From: Raja brachyura
Taxonomy: Eukaryota
DNA length: 64,000 nt
Assembly: GCA_963514005.1 (NCBI GenBank)
Contig: OY740793.1
Coordinates: 26,474,001-26,538,000 of the forward strand
Direction: 5' to 3'
A program made the position numbers and the translations under genes. The first letter of the stretch is position 1. The number at the start of each line of letters is the position of its first letter. Positions 13,433 through 26,070 of this stretch are shown here, piece after piece. The notes beneath the pieces were generated by a model that saw nothing but the letters and a program-made list of their open reading frames with translations, was not told the DNA's origin and made no database searches.

Positions 13433-15361
13433 GATCGCGAACCGCCTGCCTCAGCCAGCAACACCCGATCGCGATCAATGCCCCTGCTCACCCGCAGAGC
13501 TACGGAGCCACAGGGACAACTCTCACAAGTTTGACTGTTCAATACCAACCCAGCACTTGGCACGTTTCTTTTCAATGTATGGACCAACTTCGGCCTCCTG
13601 AAAAAAAACACTGCAGTTTTTTGTTTTGAAATACGACCTAAGCAACTTCATAGTTTAGAATAATGTTAGATAGCGCTGGAAAATTCGGATTGTACAAAGT
13701 TGTGAGAATGTCGCTTGCTTCCTCCCGAGCCACCCCCCTCTTCCTCCCCCATCCCCGCCCCACACAGACATCCAAGCCACATTTGGGGGCGAATATCTCA
13801 GCGATTTCGGGCATCGATCCGATAAACTCCGAATCGATACTGTCAATCTAAATAAAAAGTTGGCGTTAAGAGGGCCGGAATCTCATGAGTGGGAGAGTCG
13901 AATGAATGGATCGGACAAATGAGATTTGACGTGCAGGAACGATGTTATCTCTTTTGTGGGGAGTGTACTGTACAAAGAGCAGGACTGTTCAACCCACATC
14001 ACCATACCCCAAAGAGGAACCTTCCATTTTTGTTTTACTGTACTGGCTCATCAAGGTCACAGGTTGAAGCGTGTGAGTGGGCTCAATGGCAGGATGGCGA
14101 AGTGAGCATTGAGTAGTAAAATAGTGAGGGGTTGTATTGTAGGCAGAATAGCAGATAGTGGGGATAAATTACTAGATGGTATTTAATCCTCTGGTTCCGA
14201 TGACGACATAAACTGGGAGAGTCAATTAACAGATATTAACAGACAGTGAGGATTGAATAGGTCCGCAAACTCATCCCTGGCAGATAGTTCCTCGCGTGTG
14301 GAGCATATTTGTGTGTCACCACGCTATTATTTAGGAGTTTTCCTACTCGGAGTTCAATCGATATGCAGTATTGGAGAGGGGGTAAATTAAACGCTAAGAA
14401 GCAGTAAGAATATTCGCCACCTAATATTGCATTTGCAGCAGAAAAGCTGGGAAAAGTTGCAAATATACTGCAGTTTGGTTAGGATCTCGAAAAGAAAAGA
14501 TGGATAAGAATTCTGAACAGGGAGCCTTTGCCAGAAAAGTTTGCTGAAGAATTCACAACTGCAACTTTTTGGGTCATGCCACATTTGCTGTCAGGCTTCT
14601 TATATATGTTTTTTTGCAGCCACTCTAGAATTTATTTTATGTTCATTCACTGTAAATGTGAGCCTCAGTTTTTTCTTTTAAGTTTGCAGGCCGAGTAAAC
14701 TATGTATGGGTCTCTGGTCATTGTTTTCATACTCCTGGGTTCTTCTATCACAAATGCAAAAGAGAATGCCTAATGTCTTAAAGCAGAAACATAGGTTTCT
14801 GTTCATTAGGTCCATGAAACATCCTGGATGAAGATGTTTAGCTATATTCTGCTAAAGTTATAATGATAGGATTTGACCATGAACACAGTGTTATAAATTA
14901 ACTAATTTTGTACATCCAGGATGTTCTTGCGTTGTTAGTAAGTTCAGAAAAAAAACCCTAGACTAAATAACATGTTGTTCACTCTGTATGCTTACTAGTT
15001 TAACATTAATTCCGCTAGCTTTAAAAAGAATTTTCCAAGTTCTGATGTTTTAGCATTTTCGTGTCAGATGCACCACCTTGCATGATAGGATAGATAGACT
15101 TTCATCAGTTCCCAACTGTCTGACCAGATATTGGAGCTTGTGGCATGGATCCTCACAGGCTGATGAACCTGGCTTTCCAACTGGTGTGCAGTGGTGACTG
15201 AACTGAAATAACTGCAGATTATTATAGAGAAAGGTACATTCATAAAGCAACTTTCATGCCAGCAGGACAAATAAGATTTTGTAATTTAAAAATATAATTT
15301 AAAGATACCATACAGATCAAATTTGTAGGCAATTTGTGATCAGATGAAGGGATTGAACTAG

Positions 15362-15946
15362 ATACAGAAAATAGGTGCAGGAGTATGCCATTCGGCCCTT
15401 CGAGCCAGCACCGCCATTCAAAATGATCATGGCTGATAATCTAAAATCAGTACCCCCTTCCTGCTTTCTCACCATATTCCTTGATTCTGTTAGCTATATC
15501 TAACTTTGTTGAGTACATCCAGCGGATTGGCCTCCACTGCCTTCTGTGGCAGAGAATTCCACAGATTCACAACTCTCTGGGTGAAAACGTTTTTCTTTAT
15601 CTCAGTCCTCAATGGCCTACCACATATTCTTAAACTGTGACCCCCTGGTTCTGGACTCTGCCAACATTGGGAAAACATTTCCTGCATTTAGCCTGTCCAA
15701 TCCCTTAAGAATTTTATATGTTTCTATAAGATCCCCTCTCATCATAAATTCCAGTGAATATAAGCCCAGTCGATCCATTCTTTCATCATATGTCCGTCCT
15801 GCCATCCCGGGAATTAACCTGGTAAACATATGCTGCATTCCCTCAATAGCAAGAATGTCCTTCCTCAAAGTAGGAAACCAAAACTGCACACAATACTCTA
15901 GGTGTAATCTTACCAGGGCCCTGTACAACTGCAGTAGGACCTCCTA
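15362..15946 (-). mobile_element. CR1 LINE 3' end
   Basis: ORF 15617..15928: LYRALVRLHLEYCVQFW..RLGLYSLE..RGDLIETYKILKGLDR; FTQRVVNLWNSLPQKAVEA. Confidence 0.9.
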
Positions 15947-17499
15947 CTTTGCAAAAATATGTGTGTCGAATGATGTTCCCATTCATTTGCCAGGATGAAT
16001 ATTTCACATCTTATTTTAAAGCAGGCTTAATCTGAAATATTAAACAGGCCACCTATAACTGAAAAGTCCATATATAGGCAGTATGTATTAATGCTTTCTG
16101 AGATGTTTAGAATTATTACTTTTTTCAAAGTAAGACAGCATGGGGAACACCAAGACAAATAGTGAAAAGTGAAGAAAAGATAAATGACAAATTAATTAAT
16201 CTTTTAACTGGGTAGGTTTTAAAGATAGGTGATTATAGATGCAAGGGTAAACTAAGGAAAATGATGTTCCAGTATTTAGCTCATTAAAGAGAATGTGTTA
16301 AGGTTGGAGTTTTTGCAGTAAAACATCTTCAGCAATGTGATCATGCAGGTAGAAGAACATTTATTGAATAGAATAATTGCAATCTAGGAAGAGAAAAAGA
16401 AGGATGTTTAGAATAGCATTAACAATATTGTGACTGCTGAGAATAATACATATTCTTATTGTGCACTGATTACAATTATTGATCTGGAAAGAGGAATGCA
16501 GTTCAGGATCTAATGAGTTAATAGAGTTTGCCCATGTGCTGTGGTTCTGTTTTATGGAAAACACGCACAGTGAATACAGGTAAAATTTCGTAAACAGCCT
16601 TTTTCTTAATAGGTTGGCCGTCAGTCATTTCATAGCTGGATAATGATACATGAACATTTCACGGAGTTTTCTTTCAACATTCAGATATCCCAGTTTTGTA
16701 ATTATCTGAAAACTGAAGTATGCTGGATTTTGTGGCTGGGAATTATGTGCTCAACAGTGACATTGCCGGCCATGTGGAGAAGTGCAAAAATGTAGTATGA
16801 ATTTTGGTCTGGTATGGAATTAGCATTAAAAGAGCACAGAATAAGTTTTGAAAAGAAAGGATTTTTATTTATACAACACATTCCATGAAGGGTCCCTTCA
16901 TGTCTCCAAGTTATTGAAGTGCTTTTAATGTGTCACAATTACAATTTAAGATAATTTGGAACACAGCAAAGTTGCACAAACACCATTGAGATAAATGTCA
17001 AGAGAATCTTTATTGGCTGATATATAATTTTTGCCTACGGTAAAGGGGAAACACTCCTGCATATCTTTAAAGCATGTTATGGTGTCTTTCAACAGAGGGC
17101 TGAGAGGAGCCCTTTGACAATAAAGCATTTCCCTTCTCTGTTTAAAGCCACACTTTCTGACATGTGAATCAAGATTGATCATGTCAGGGTACCAACTTGT
17201 TCTTGTCAGAGACAAGCAATTTTACCAGATGAGACTCATCTACCTAATATCACTACATCACACACACTTTTATTCCAAATGTTATACAGACTGCTCGTTT
17301 TTCTTTTCCTTTCCCCCAAAAAAAGGATTAATCAAGCTAAAGTTAATATTTGTGTTTTGTAAATTTATGTTAAAATTACATTTGTCATATGCTATGAATA
17401 TGAGTGGAGAAATCAATCTGGGAACAAGAATTTTCTTTAGGTTTTCGTTTCCACTAGGTTTGGGGGGTACAGGAGGATTTAGCAGTTCTTGTGCATGAA

Positions 17500-18020
17500 T
17501 CACAAAATGTTAGCAGGCAGGTACAACTAGTTAGGAAGATCAATGCATATTGGCTTTTATTTAAAGTGTTTGGTATTTAGAAGTAGGAAAGTATTGTTAC
17601 AATTGAACAGGGTGTTGGTGAGACCACATGTGACGTATTGCACACAATTTCAGTCTCCAAACTTAAGAAAGGATATATTTGTATTTGAAGTAATCCAAAG
17701 ATTTGCCAGGCTGATTCCTGGGACGAGAGGGTTTCCCCATCATGAGCTAAACTAGTTGGTGCTGTATTCTTTGGAGTGCAGAAGAATGAAGGCTGATCTT
17801 ATTAAAACATAAGATTCATAAAACATAAGGCAACATGACAGTGTAATGTTGAGATGTTTCCTCTCATGGGTGAATCACCAACAAGGGGGCCTACTTACAA
17901 GGTAAGAATGGTCATGCAAAACTAAAGGGTATAGAAACTTATTCTTACAGTGGTAGTGGATTGTTTAGATTCTCTACACTGTAGGGTTGTGAAGGCTACA
18001 TCATTGAAGTTGTTAGATCA
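17500..18020 (+). mobile_element. CR1 LINE ORF2 3' fragment
   Basis: RSRKVLLQLNRVLVRPHVTYCTQFQSPNLRKDI..RFARLIPG. Confidence 0.8.
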
Positions 18021-18035
18021 TTTAAATTTTTAATT

Positions 18036-18158
18036 GAAAGATACACATGGAAACCGGCCCTGCTGCCCAACAAGTCCACAAGGACACAGATCACACTAGC
18101 TCTGTTATTCCACTTTCGCGTCCACTCCTGAGACACTAGGAGCAACCTACAGAGGCTG
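18036..18158 (-). mobile_element. 3' part of an HE1-like SINE split by the DIRS insertion
   Basis: GAAAGATACACATGGAAACCGGCCC..CACTAGGAGCAACCTACAGAGGCTG joins 22724 onward to rebuild a SINE like 43864-44137. Confidence 0.75.
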
Positions 18159-19499
18159 ATTTTACTTCGGAGTCACGTGAGTGACTACGTGAAGACCCCG
18201 CCAGCACGCATGCGCGACATATCGTCGAACGCATTGCGGAAGCGACAGTCGGGAGGAGCGCCGCTCCTCCAGCGTAAGTTTTTGAAAAAACTACCAAAGG
18301 TAAGGCTTACCATTTCTGGTGAGCATGGCGACTCGGTGTTTCTTTGTGTTCCAGAGAAAGCGCCATGGAGTCGAGAAAACACAGGAGAGCAGCGGCAAAA
18401 TTCACTGCTGTGGAAAGCAGCCAGCAGCGTGCCGTCTCTCCGGAGCTGCAGGTGCTACCAGCAGCCCCCGACTTCTCGCCGCAACAGACCGCAGGTTCGC
18501 CGCGGTCCGCCGGCAAAACCACCCGGAAGTCGGACAGGTCCGTTGCCTCGGCGGGACCTGAGGACACCCCGTTCGTGGTTAGCGACGGCGGTCGTCTTTC
18601 CCGCATGGAGCGGATGGTGGAGCAGTTGCTCCAGCGTGACCTGCTTATGCAGGGGCAGAATCACAGTGGGTCTCTTCGCAGACCCACGGCAGCATCCTAT
18701 CAAGGACTGCCAAATGTCTCGCCCTCTTCGCAGGGGAGCATTAGGGGTCAGAGCTGGGCTGACCCTGAAGAAGGGGCAATGGCTGAAGAGTACCTGTGTC
18801 AGGGGTGCCAGAAGAGTTGTAGGCATGGGTAATAAACATGCTGTACCAACCCAGAGAACTGCGTTTCTCTAAATGTGCCTGCAGTCAACAACCCATCTGG
18901 GGCAACATGAGCCCAACTACAAGGAGCCAGGAGGTGAAACTCCAGAAAATCCTTAAACTGCTGACTGCTGGTATTACAGCAGTGGCCAGAACAGCGATGG
19001 GGTTGAGATGCCTGAAGAGCTACTAGACGCTCCAGCACTCCTGTGCAATACTCAATTCAGATTTACAGCTACAGGAAGAGCATCATCAAGCCTGCACTCA
19101 ATCCAAAATTGCGGGATTATGCAGGACTAGCAGCACACAGCCGCCAACTTGCTGTTTGGGGACTACCTCCCGAAACAGGTAAAAGACCTGGATGAGGAGG
19201 CCAAGGCTATAGGCCTGATCAAGGTACCAAACACCACCAAAACCCATTATCAGCAGCGGCAGCACCCCTACACATCCACCAGACATCGTTATAATGAGAG
19301 ACCATCTGGTGGTGAAAGCTCGAAGGCCGGCCCACCTGCACAACGGTCTTTTTTAGACCATGGCCCAGCCCGGCCTTCTTGGAAAATGCGCCAACCCCAC
19401 AACGCAGCAACACAATACACGAAGAAACAAGGACAGAGACAACCTACACAACACCGGTAACCTTGGAGGTAGGTGGGTCTGGTTGTCTCAAAAAACATT

Positions 19500-21240
19500 G
19501 CTGCCTAGATTCATCAAGGGTTGGTGGACGATTGCACTTGTTTCATCATGTGTGGAACACTCTTACCTCTGATCCTTACATACTCGGAAGTATTCAGGGT
19601 ACTAATTGAATTTGTATACGAACTTCCCATCCCAGTTCAGCATACGCCCAGCCGAAAGTTCATATTTTCACAAAAGAGAGAACAGCAGGCCATGCTGAAC
19701 TGTTAAGACTAAACGAAAAAAGGGTAATTGAGAAGGCAATCCGAATCTCAAGAGTTCGTATCAAATATTTTTACAAAAACAAAAAAGATGGCGGATGCCG
19801 CAACATTATAGATTTGACTGAACTAAATACTTCCGTTCAGTATGCCTATTTCAAAATGGACACGTTTGTCACAGCCAAATAGCTAATTTCTGATAGGTAC
19901 TTCATGGCTTGCATCAATTTAAGGATGCATACTATTCAGTGCCAATACACAAGGATCATCGGAAATATCTAAAATTTGTCTGGATGGGACAGCCTTGGCA
20001 GTATAAAGCCTTACCCATTGGGTTGTCATCGGCACCCAGGCTGCTTACAGAATTGTTAAAACCAGCTTTAGCATAATTAAGGAAACATAACCATATTGCC
20101 ATGGTTTACCTTGACGATATTCTCATTGTAGGTGAGAATTTGGAGATGGCTACATTGGCAGTATCAGCCACAAAACATATTTTTAAAAGCTGGGATTAAC
20201 ATACATCCAGATAAATCAAAAAATGAAACCCTCCACTACCATGGATTATCTGGGGTTCACTATCGATTCTGTTCAAATGTCTATCACCTTGCCACCAAAC
20301 AAAGGGACAGACTTGACGGAAGCATGTAAAACCCTCACTGGCACCAGGGAACCATCCATTCTGCAAGTAGCCAGAGTGATTGAGAAACTAGTGGCTGCAT
20401 TCCAGCAGCACAATTTGGACCACTCCATCACCAAAACCTGCAAAGAGCAAAAATTCTAGCTCTTAAAAATCATGCGGGCCATTTTGATAGGCCTATGAAA
20501 CTACCAGAGAAGCTAAATTAGAATAATATTGGTGGATAGAAAATGCTCAGCATTGCTCTAACCCCATCACTATCATGAATCCGTCGGTTACATTACAGAC
20601 TGATGCCAGTGCTAAAGGTTGAGGAGCAGCTAATACCACCACTAGTTGTGGTGGCAGATGGAGTGCACAAGAATTAACCCTGTTGGGAGCACTAGGGATT
20701 AATTATCTATAAATGCTGGGAGCATTTCATGGACTCCGGGCCTACTGCTCAGATATGCACCAGTTGCATGTACGGTTACAAATTAATAATACCACAGTGG
20801 TGGCCTATATTAATCATATGGGTGGAATAAAATCGATATCATGTGATGAATTGGCTAATTACATCTGGCACTGGTGTCTGGATAGAGAGATTTCGATCTC
20901 AGCCACTTACCTTCCAGGTAAACTAAATACGGTGGCGGACACCAGGTCATGCAATTCAACGACAACATTGAATGGATGTTGGATCGGGACCCGGGGCCAG
21001 CAGCGATGGATGCTTCTCGCTGCATTGGGGGGATTGTTTTGCTATGCATTTCCCCCCTTCTGCCTCATCAGTCGGGTCTTACAAAAAATTAAACAAGACT
21101 CCGCAACGGGTATTTCGGGTTTCCCGACTGGCCTACCCAACCATGGTCCCCAGCAGTACTAAAGATGGCCGCAGAACACTGCTTTCGGATCCTCAAACGG
21201 CCGAGCCTGTTGGTACACCCTGTGACGGGTAAGTCATCCG
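19500..21240 (+). pseudogene. DIRS RT / RNase H / Dam-methyltransferase-like ORF, frameshifted
   Basis: DAYYSVPIH, YKALPIGLSSAPR, MVYLDDILIVG (20101), LQTDASAKG*GA (20593), INNTTVVAYINHMGG, YLPGKLNTVAD, YAFPPFCLISRVLQKI, PDWPTQPW. Confidence 0.9.
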
Positions 21241-21252
21241 TGCCATGATCGA

Positions 21253-22230
21253 ATGAACCTATTGATGCAGATTCTGAACAGGCCATTTCTGGACTACGGA
21301 CTCTCCGACAAGACGATCAATGTCATCACAGCGTCGTGCATGGAGTCCACCAGAGACAGAACTGACATATGTCAGAAGATGGGAGTGTTCTGCTTTAGAA
21401 CAAACACTTCATATGACTCGGCCATCATCACTGAAGTGCTGGAGTTCTGGCCACCCTTCATTCCATGAAGGTTTGAGCTACAGTGCCATTAATTTTGCGA
21501 GGAGTGCCCTATCTAATAACCTGGGCCGAGGGAGTGATCACCTGCCTATAGGATCACACCCACTGGTATCTAAACTGATGAGGGGTATTAATTCTATTCC
21601 CCCAGGGCCAGATACACCCATACATGGGACTTAGGCATAGAATTTACTATGCTTCGAGGATGGACACCAATATCGGGGCTCACTCTGGATAAACTAACAT
21701 ATAATATGGTTATGTTTATGGCACTTGTAACAGCACAACGGGTCCAGTCCTTACAAAGCTAAGTATGGATGCCATGTGTTAACCAATGGTAGATAACATT
21801 TCTGATACAGGGGTTACTCAAACTATATCGACCCAGTTCCTCTGGCCAAAAATTATCATTCTGGCCTACCCTGAAGATAGTCGGCTCTGCATTGTGACAT
21901 ATATTTTACGATATAGAAGGAACCAAGAATCTAGGGGCACGGAGAGGACTTTACCCATAAGCCACAAACGCCCTCATCATAAGGTCACAGTGCAAGCCAC
22001 TTCCAGTTGGTTAAGGGTGGTATTGGGTGCAGCGGGGATGGACACTAATGTTTTAAATCTCACTCCACCAGGGCTGCATCCACATCGGCGGCTAGGATGA
22101 TGGGAGTTCCTATGGACCACATCCTTGCTACAGCGGGTTGGAGCAGTGAACGAACTTTTCAGCACTTCTATTATAAACCCGTGGCCGCTCCTGAGATGTT
22201 TGCAGGGGAAAATGTTAAGTTCTGTTACAT
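21253..22230 (+). pseudogene. DIRS tyrosine recombinase ORF, frameshifted
   Basis: GLSYSAINFARSALS, GSHPLVSKLMRG, MALVTAQRVQSL, FKSHSTRAASTSAA..ILATAGWSSERTFQHFYYKPV (22052-22183), giving the R..HxxR..W..Y catalytic set. Confidence 0.9.
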
Positions 22231-22723
22231 GATTTACCCAATGTGGGGCATATCACTTTAGTTATGATTAAATACCTTCTTTGTTTTTCAGCACAGTATC
22301 ATGTCTGAAATACGTTCATCCTCCATCCCTAGCATGGCAGTGTGTGAGCATGGACTCGTTCCAGGGCATGAACTCACAGAGCTTTGAAATCTTCACGTAG
22401 TCACTCACGTGACTCCGAAGTAAAATAGTAAGATTAAATGAGAACTTACCAGTTTGAAGTTTGATCTTTATTTTATGAGGAGTTACGATGAGGGATTACG
22501 TGCCCTCCGCTCCCAAACCCTCTATTATAAAGTTCAACTGGTATATAAAGTTCTCTCTTATCTTACTATGTTAGTCTACTCTGGTATCTGTGATTTCACA
22601 CCACTGCTTTGAAGAATGTCGCGCATGCGTGCTGGCGGGGTCTTCACGTAATCCCTCATCGTAACTCCTCATAAAATAAAGATCAAACTTCAAACTGGTA
22701 AATTCTCATTTAATCTTACTATT

Positions 22724-22883
22724 AATCTATAAACCTACACATCTTTGGGATGTAAGAAGAAATGAGAACATTCGGAAGAACCCCATGCAATTGCATGCAG
22801 AACGTGCAAATTTCACACCTGAGGTCATTGAACCTGGGTCTCTGGCGCTGTGAGACAGCAGCTCTACCAGCTGCGCCACTGTG
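22724..22883 (-). mobile_element. 5' part of the HE1-like SINE split by DIRS
   Basis: AATCTATAAACCTACACATCTTTGGGATG..ATTGAACCTGGGTCTCTGGCGCTG..AGCTGCGCCACTGTG; B and A boxes on the minus strand. Confidence 0.8.
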
Positions 22884-22929
22884 CATTTGAAGTGGTTATA
22901 TACATGGTTTTGAATGATTGGAACGGGCA

Positions 22930-24045
22930 TTATTGGAGAGAAATCTTTGAGTTAGAATTTACTCTCCTTTGGAAGAGAATAGGGTAATTAGGGATAGCCA
23001 GCACAGCTTTGTACGTGGCAGGTCGTGTCTTACTAACTTGATTGAGTTTTTTCAGGAAGTGACAAAGGAGAATGATGAAGATAGGGCGGTGGAAGTTGTA
23101 TGCATGAATTTTAATAAGGGTTTTGGTAAGGTTCTTCATGGTAGGCTCATCCAGAAGATTAAGATGTACGAGACTCGTGATGACTTGGTCGTATAGATTT
23201 GGAACTGGCTTATTCAGTGAAGACAGAGGGTTGTGGTGGAAGGTAGATATTCTGGCTGCAGGTCTGTGACCAGCAGAGTGATAGAGTGATGCAGTGTGGA
23301 AACAGGCCCTTTGTCCAACTTGCCCACACCGGCCAACAGGGATCTGTGCTGGGACCTCTGTTGTTTGTGGTATTTATAAATAACCTGGACGTAAATGTAG
23401 ATGGGTTGGTATGTAAGCTTGTGGCAAGACCCTTAACAGCGTTAATGTGCAGAGGGATCTTGGAGTCCAAGTTCATAGCTTCCTGAAGCTGGCAGCACAA
23501 ACAGATAGGGTGGTAAAGAAAGCATATGGTATGTTTTCCTTCATTGCTAGGGGCATTGATTATGAGTCAAAGTTATGATGAAGCTCTCTAGGATTTGGGT
23601 TAGGTTGTACTTGGAGTATTGCATGCCGTTCTGCTTTACAGGAAAGATGCGGAAGCTTTGGAGAAGATGCAGAGGAGGTTTCCCAGACTGCTGCCTGCAT
23701 TAGAGGGTTTCAGCTACAGGGAAACATTGTAAAGACTCTGGAACATTGGAGATTGTGGGGAGATTTGATAGAAGGGCATATCTATAAGGTGAGTGGGGCA
23801 ATGTTTAATGGCGGTGTGCAGGGTACATTTTTTACACAGAGAGTGGTGGGGGCCTGGGCCACGTTGCCAGAGGTGGTGGTGGAGGCAGTTACCATAGTGC
23901 TGTTTAAGAAGCTTTTAGGTAGGCTCATGGAAGTGCGAGAAATAGACTGAATGGATCATGTACAGGCAAATGAAATCAGTTTAACTATACATCATGTTCG
24001 GTACAAAAAACTGAAAGGCCCGTTCCTGTGCTGTACTGTTCTATG
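22930..24045 (+). mobile_element. CR1 LINE RT region and 3' end, degraded
   Basis: DSQHSFVRGRSCLTNLIEFFQEVT; QGSVLGPLLFVVFINNLD; FFTQRVVGAWATLPEVVVEA; CR1 tail. Confidence 0.9.
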
Positions 24046-24274
24046 GCACTGAAGATGTTATGAAACCTGGAGGTAACTTAGCCATGATGATAGTAAATGG
24101 CAGGGCAGAATTGAGGGGTCATTGTTAAAACGGAGGAGTAATATTGTTCGTCTGTACCTGATACCAGAGTTTTCTCAAAGCATAGGGACTGGCAGCTGGA
24201 AGAATGGAAATAATCTCTTTTGCTAATCAATTTAATTAAATAAAAGCATCTCCCCATTGCTCCTCTGCTTAATG

Positions 24275-24390
24275 AGACCCGAAACGTCACTCATTCCTTC
24301 TCTCCAGAGATGCTGCCTATCCCGCTGAGTTACTCCAGCTTTTTGTGCATATCTTTGGTTTAAACCAGTATCTGCAGTTCCTTCTTACAC
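24275..24390 (+). mobile_element. Penelope-derived tail unit (partial hammerhead 3' half)
   Basis: GAGACCCGAAACGTCACTCATTCCTTCTCTCCAGAGATGCTGCC..AACCAGTATCTGCAGTTCC. Confidence 0.75.
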
Positions 24391-24979
24391 ATTAATTTTG
24401 ATACCTTCCGTACATGAGGGTATTAACTATAGGTAAAGAAAAAACTTGAATTGTTATATGAATTGAGAGCTGCACTTGCATTATAGACATTTCTAATGTC
24501 TAATTTATAATTCTTATTGATGTGCATTTGAAATTATGATTCCAGGTGATCTGTGCTAGAAACTTGAGGTTCTGACCTTGAGAGGAATGGTTTGTGTAGG
24601 CTAGGGAGATGGAGATTCAAGTGGAGAGTTCTAAGGTTTCCCCCACTTGATCCCTGTCAGAGATTCACCCTGATGGAACATTTTTGCTGGGTAGTGTTGC
24701 AGCTCCGGAAACCCTCCATATTTCAGTTGGCGGGTTTCCTGGGGCCAAGATTAAATCTGCAAATTAAATTGGAGGCTGCTGGCCCCATAATATTTCAATA
24801 ATTCCTTGGGAGTGGTTTGTCTTCTCTTGTCATGCCTTTGTTAAACTTGTAAATGGATAGATTGTGGTTGTGTTTTTAATTTTAAGATTTTTTTTTTTGG
24901 TGCCTGAAACATGTGCTTTTCACTTCAATTTGTTGTTGAGAAGATTGTGGTGAGCTGATCTTTTTGAACTGTTGAACTG

Positions 24980-25500
24980 TATTTGGAGCATTGATGCAGT
25001 TATGGTCACCCCATTACAGGAAACATGTAGAGCGTTTGGAGAGGGTGCAGGGGAGGTTTACCAAAATGCTGCCTGGATTAGAGGGTTTCAGTTACAAGGA
25101 GAGGTTGTATAAACTTGGATTATTTTCTCTGAAATGTCAAAGGTTGAGGGGAGAATTAATAGAAATATATAAAATTATGAGAGGCATAGATAGGGTAGCC
25201 CGGCAGAACTTTTTTTCCCAGGGTTGAAATGTCCAACATTACAAGGCACAGCTCCAAGATGAGAGGGGGAGAGTTTAATGGAGATGTGCGCAACAATACT
25301 TTTTTACACAGAGAATGGAAAGCATTGCCAGGGGTGGTGGTGGAGGCACCAATAAGAGACTTTTAGATGGGTTCATGGAAGTGCAAGGAATAGAGGATCA
25401 TGAACAAGCAGATGAGATCAGTTTATCATGACATCCTGTTCGGCACAAACATTCTGGGCTGAAGGGCCCGTTCCTGTACTATACTGTTCCATGATCTATG
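24980..25500 (+). mobile_element. CR1 LINE 3' end
   Basis: WSPHYRKHVERLERVQGRFTKMLPGLEGFSYKERLYKLGLFSL..RLRGELIEIYKIMRGIDR. Confidence 0.9.
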
Positions 25501-25509
25501 TCCTGATGG

Positions 25510-26070
25510 TTAGGTTTCCAGGATTTACACCTATCAATGAACGACTGTTGATACATTTCCAAGCAGGGATGTGTGTGACATGGTTGGGGATTAGTAGTGT
25601 TCTTGTGTATCAACAGCCCTTTACCTTCGAGGTGTTGAGGGTTGTTAGCTTTTTCCTGATAGCCGCTGGACATGCTTTGGGAAGTTAGGAAGTAATTCAC
25701 TTGCTCTAGGATATCCAGGCATTGACTTGCCCTTGAAGCTATAGTATTTATGTGGAAAGTGTAATTAGGTTTCTGGTAATTGGTGAAGCACTCCCGCATG
25801 TGGACAATTGAGGGTTGAGCGATGGTAATGGTGTGTAAAATTAAGATGAGATGGTGAGAGTGCTTCATGTTGGAGATGACACCCATGTAATGTTATTGTT
25901 TATTGTCTGACATTTATCAGCCAATGTCTGAATGTTGTCCAGGTCTTGATGAGTGCAAGTATGGTCTGCTTAATCTGCTGTGGAGTTGTGCATGGAATTG
26001 AACATTGTATAATCACTAGCAAACATCTCCACCTCTGACTTTATGATACAAGGAAGGTTGTTGATAAAGC
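25510..26070 (-). mobile_element. Old L2/CR1-group LINE remnant
   Basis: FHINTIASRASQCLDILEQVNYFLT resembles the post-RT region of L2/CR1-group ORF2. Confidence 0.5.

Larger units (their letters stand above)
12300..13950 (+). promoter_or_regulatory. CpG-rich promoter region (putative distal BCORL1 promoter)
   Basis: Sharp rise in GC and CpG in non-TE sequence; GC box GGGCGGCGG near 13007, ETS-like CGGAAAT near 12990, G-rich tract 13177-13240, two consensus splice donors. Confidence 0.7.
18159..22723 (+). mobile_element. DIRS1-like tyrosine-recombinase retrotransposon, structurally complete, coding-degraded
   Basis: ITRs 18186-18220 / 22616-22650 (35/35). ICR 22390-22426 is the reverse complement of the left end 18159-18195 (37/37); 22424-22502 is the reverse complement of the right end 22645-22723 (78/79). 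ATT at both ends. Gag-like, RT, RNase H, methyltransferase-like and YR remnants in order. Confidence 0.95.

Noticed and set aside
12937-13629. Overlapping 70-138 aa ORFs in the CpG region
   Set aside because: GC-rich and microsatellite-driven open frames on both strands with no recognisable domain.
18177-18872. 231-aa ORF as a host gene
   Set aside because: It lies within the GC-rich 5' part of the DIRS element, starts at a GTG within the left terminus, and overlaps the gag-like frame.
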